DNA of 63,949 bases, the filler included, from Piptocephalis cylindrospora (Eukaryota): the NCBI GenBank assembly GCA_003614145.1. It is 3 parts of 3 records of this genome, joined end to end, with 100 filler letters (N's around TTAATTAATTAA, not from the genome) between each part and the next. Parts side by side here need not be neighbours in the genome. Positions count along the whole stretch, not along the records: positions 47,085 to 63,949 come from KZ987864.1; 2 more parts are not named here. The stretch is one strand, 5' to 3'. Shown piece after piece: positions 60,471 through 63,949 of the stretch. Numbering within the stretch: the stretch's first letter is position 1; every line of letters starts with the position of its first letter. A program made the position numbers and the translations under genes. A model generated the notes under the pieces. The model saw only the letters and a list, made by a program, of their open reading frames with translations. It did no database searches and was not told the origin of the DNA.

Positions 60471-61136
60471 TCATTTATAACCATGATTCATCTTTGGATA
60501 AGCATGGGTCGACGCCGATGACGCTCGATCCTTCGACCGGATGTGCTCCGGTTCCTCGAGCTCGGCTCCAAGGGTTTTCTGACATTCACGCAATTCAAAA
60601 TAGCGGATATTATCATCAAAACTGACGTTTTTACTCAGGTAGCCAGCAAGCTCCTCACCAAGCGCTAACAAAGTCTTCAGGTCCTTATTGGTGGCTTCAT
60701 TTCTCTTGACCTTCATATATAGGATGCCGAAACTACCATTATGGATCCACCGCTTCCAGATTTTTCCGATATTATTATAATGGCTGGCTGAACCGGGATA
60801 TTGCGGCACAATGGCCTCCAAGGCCTTGTAATGACCAATCACGTCCTCATATGGAGGCATAGGTCTGGTTGTATACGAAGACATGGATTGGGGCCCAGGC
60901 ACAGGGGGTTGAGTGGCTAGACAGATAGCCATAGCCAGTTCATACGCATGGCCTACTTTGCCCATGAATTGGTTATTGGCAATCATTTTATGCTCCTCTA
61001 TACGAGACAGATGGGGTACATACTTGGTGGGGTAACGCCCTCGTGATTGAGATGAGGGAAAGGACGTCCCGAGGATGGCAAGGGCCGTAATGGTGATGAA
61101 TAGGGTGGATCCAAGGATAAAAAAGGGTCTCATCAT
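60471..61136 (-). CDS. Small secreted protein of unknown family (effector candidate A)
   Basis: Intronless 221 aa; signal peptide MMRPFFILGSTLFITITALAILG; similar to the neighbouring ORF. Confidence 0.75.
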   Translation of the reverse strand: MMRPFFILGSTLFITITALAILGTSFPSSQSRGRYPTKYVPHLSRIEEHKMIANNQFMGKVGHAYELAMAICLATQPPVPGPQSMSSYTTRPMPPYEDVIGHYKALEAIVPQYPGSASHYNNIGKIWKRWIHNGSFGILYMKVKRNEATNKDLKTLLALGEELAGYLSKNVSFDDNIRYFELRECQKTLGAELEEPEHIRSKDRASSASTHAYPKMNHGYK

Positions 61137-61554
61137 TATTGAAGGCGTAGTTCGTTCAAGGAAAAGGAAAGGAGATTCAGGATAGTTTCAAAGGAAAGAG
61201 TCGTAATGAACCGGGGTGAGAGAAGAGTTAAAAGAGAAGAGGAGGAGCTCATGAGGATGATGGGGAGCGGGGACACAGGGTGCATTTAAAAAGGGTGATG
61301 CTTCCGTATCAATACTGTAGAAGTGTGGGCTTCCTGCACTCCCTTTCTACAGAGGTCATTTGTCTAGATCTCCGATGAGTAATTATACTCCAATCAAAAG
61401 CGCATAGAAGCATGTTAAAAAAAAGGAGAAAAAATGGATAGTATTTTTAATCTACCCAGCCCCACTGTATGATAGGGACCACAGAGCTCGTCTAGATCGG
61501 GAGTCAACTGCGACGACTTGACCTGGCCTTGATGCATCAAAGAACGCTCCATCT

Positions 61555-62256
61555 TTAGAACATGTCGACGTGGCGACCGGAAGCAATTCCATTATGCTCA
61601 AAATACTTCAAGATTCGTTCCCGACCGTATTTCACCTGATCTTTGCGTTTCACATCCATATGCGGCTCTTGGAGGAGGGCGTCGGCAAGCCTCTTTCCCA
61701 AGACCAGCAGATTGACCAACTCCTCCTCATTGGTCTCATTAGTAGTAGCCTGCGCTCTGCCATACAATGCGGCAAAGTCATCCCCCCCGCTTTCCTTCCA
61801 TACCTGCCTCACCTCACGCATGACCTTGCGCGTCCGTGAGGTATTTTGGCTATTCAAGGATTTTACATACTTCTTGATACTATCATCATACGTAGGGACA
61901 GGGAGCTCGGTTGCCTTTGAGATCGCCGTCACGAGTTTAACGGCATGCTTGACCTCGCCCCATCCCTCATCACGTACGTCCGTTTCCCCTCTGGCGGCAT
62001 GGCCCCTAACCCGACCGTGAGACTTAGAGGGTAAATTGATGAGAGCAGCCTCGCTATATGTTCTCTTGCTAGGGATAGAGCGGCCATTTTTGCTTGACTC
62101 CTTGAAAAGGCCATCCCTCTTATCTGATACCCGATAAGGGTGGCGGTGTGTGCCAGCAGGCTCTGCGTTTGGGTATCCGGGGGCACCAGATGTGGTGGAG
62201 GCAGCAAATGCCGCAAGTAGGAAAAAGGAAAGGCCGAGGGAAGAGAAGATTTTCAT
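61555..62256 (-). CDS. Small secreted protein of unknown family (effector candidate B, paralogue of A)
   Basis: Intronless 233 aa; signal peptide MKIFSSLGLSFFLLAAFAASTTSG-AP; KR dibasic sites; shares motifs with 60471-61136. Confidence 0.8.
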   Translation of the reverse strand: MKIFSSLGLSFFLLAAFAASTTSGAPGYPNAEPAGTHRHPYRVSDKRDGLFKESSKNGRSIPSKRTYSEAALINLPSKSHGRVRGHAARGETDVRDEGWGEVKHAVKLVTAISKATELPVPTYDDSIKKYVKSLNSQNTSRTRKVMREVRQVWKESGGDDFAALYGRAQATTNETNEEELVNLLVLGKRLADALLQEPHMDVKRKDQVKYGRERILKYFEHNGIASGRHVDMF

Positions 62257-63219
62257 GGTGACAACAGAAATCTCGGTAAAGGGGCGCTGAAAAGTTCTTA
62301 ATCTGTATATATCGTAATTTACCGTAGGGCGTCAGATAGGCCGAGTAAGGAGAATACTAGGAGGAAGTTGCAGAAGGGCAAAGGGGTCAATGGTCGTGAT
62401 ACTAAAGGAAAGGAAGTAGGAGAAAGAGGACAGGAGCACAGAAGAGTAGAGCGGAGTAGAGCTACTCTTTCTATCCCCATCATGTAGCAAGATATTTCAT
62501 TAGGAAGAGGAAGAGAGGGGAGTTGCTATAACCTCCGCCCCCAGCATATCACAAAAGATCGGCGATGTATGTATGCTGTGGAGGCTCTTGGATAAAAGAA
62601 TGGGTGGGTTGTTCGTGATGTGGACCGAGAACCATAGCCGCCTTCTTTCAATTTAGGTGGGATATCCCGCTCTTTTCACTTTAGGTGGGATAGATCGTTC
62701 TCTTTCTTTCGTGTGTCGTTTCCCAAACGACCCAGTGCGTGTTGGGATAGTCCTGCAAGGTCCGTAGCATGTGTAGGCAGTTCAATCTGGAATGATAATA
62801 ACGTACATGCCGATCTCACAATAAGGCACTTGAGGCTTCTTATCATGACTGTCGCCGAGAAGATACATATCTTAGAGAGGGACAAGGAAGGCCGTTTCCT
62901 TTTTCACTCTCACCATTCCGCTCACAGTGTCTCCGCAAATCTTCCGAGCTGTGATCGGGGCGAAGTCGGACCCAAACGCCACACTTACAAGCCTCGACTA
63001 GGTCGAAAATGGGTCAAATTTATCCACACGTTCAAATTTACAAAAATATCACAAACCTCGCTGCTAAAACTCATCCTCACACACCACTCTTCATACTGGA
63101 AAACAGGATGATTACACAGGCTTATCTTTTCAACCACTCTTCCTGACCCCAAAACAACGCTTCCGGCCCTGAAGCACCACCCTCTACTTTATCCCCATCT
63201 CAATCACCCCCTCTCCCTC

Positions 63220-63666
63220 ATGGCCTCTGCGATTGCCTCTCGCCTCGTCCGTGCCTCAGCTGATGGAAAACCGACGCGTGCTGCCACTGTCCTAGATAAG
63301 CTGACCAAGGGCCTTGGCGCCACCAAGTTGTCCGACCAGGTCACTAAAGTCCATCTTTCCTTTTCCCCTCGGGGTCATCCTGGCCCGCGGTAAGTCATTG
63401 GGCAGAGAGGGGATGTGCTTCGAATGATCTTACATCTGCTCATACACCCCCTCCTTATCAGATATCTACTGCGTGAAAACTTTCCCAGACTTCAGTACGC
63501 CAACCCAGAGGTTCAGTTTCAAATCACTCGTTCAGCCGATACCCACTCGGCACCGAGCATGGCGATCCACTTCCAGGATGGCTCGATCAAGGAGGTATCC
63601 GTGGGGAAGAGCCGGTCGAATGAACTGTGCGAGAGTCTGCTCAAGATTGCAGCAGCATCCAAGTGA
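63220..63666 (+). CDS. MRP49: Mitochondrial ribosomal protein of the L51/S25/CI-B8 fold (Mrp49/mL61-like)
   Basis: Exons 63220-63389 and 63462-63666. Mitochondrial-type presequence, GLGATKL...VHLSF, GPRYLLRENFPRLQYANPEV. Confidence 0.78.
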
Positions 63667-63949
63667 TTCCTAGGTCCCTTGTGGTCCTGTAAAATGATGG
63701 ATTGATCATCGATGGAATGAAGAAATGATGCTAAAGACACTTTAGACTTGACTGAGAGAGGGATGAAAATTGGGCTAAGCATGAGCTGTAGAAGATATAT
63801 TCTACTTGTACGGTCACTGGTCATGGTCATGATTGTATAGACTAGACCCTACTCATCTCAGAGCTCCAAGGCGTGGACATCAGGTCTTATCCCCTCCTCT
63901 CCCCTGCTCTCTCCCTTCTTGCCCCTGTCACAAGTTTTCCAGGTGTGTG

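Overview
Gene-dense eukaryotic DNA from a fungus, with short GT-AG introns (mostly 55-170 bp) and CT-rich 5' leaders. It is probably an early-diverging lineage such as Zoopagomycota (inferred from protein families and style, not from a search). The window is not one contiguous locus: two 100-nt N44-TTAATTAATTAA-N44 linkers join at least three pieces, and an inverted chimeric tail at one contig end suggests whole-genome-amplified material. About 30 protein genes could be reconstructed by hand, including MMM1, a LONRF-type RING ligase, eIF2B-gamma, AKTIP, eIF3e, RPL6, NCA2, FYV7, CGR1, DSS4, SCM3, VFA1, SAP30, ERV1, GDPD, GPAT, ValRS, VIP1, CTC1, PSP1 and MRP49. Highlights: (1) three genes need the same +1 frameshift at a poly-C run; (2) VIP1/PPIP5K has only the kinase domain; (3) a tandem pair of unknown paralogous secreted proteins; (4) a ~550-codon frame whose four internal stops are each one base from TGG; (5) an animal/plant-type CTC1; (6) a convergent GDPD-GPAT pair; (7) a long, structured putative 5' intron of RPL6. 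No tRNA, rRNA, CRISPR array or recognisable transposon was seen. Family calls rest on remembered motifs and need HMM confirmation.
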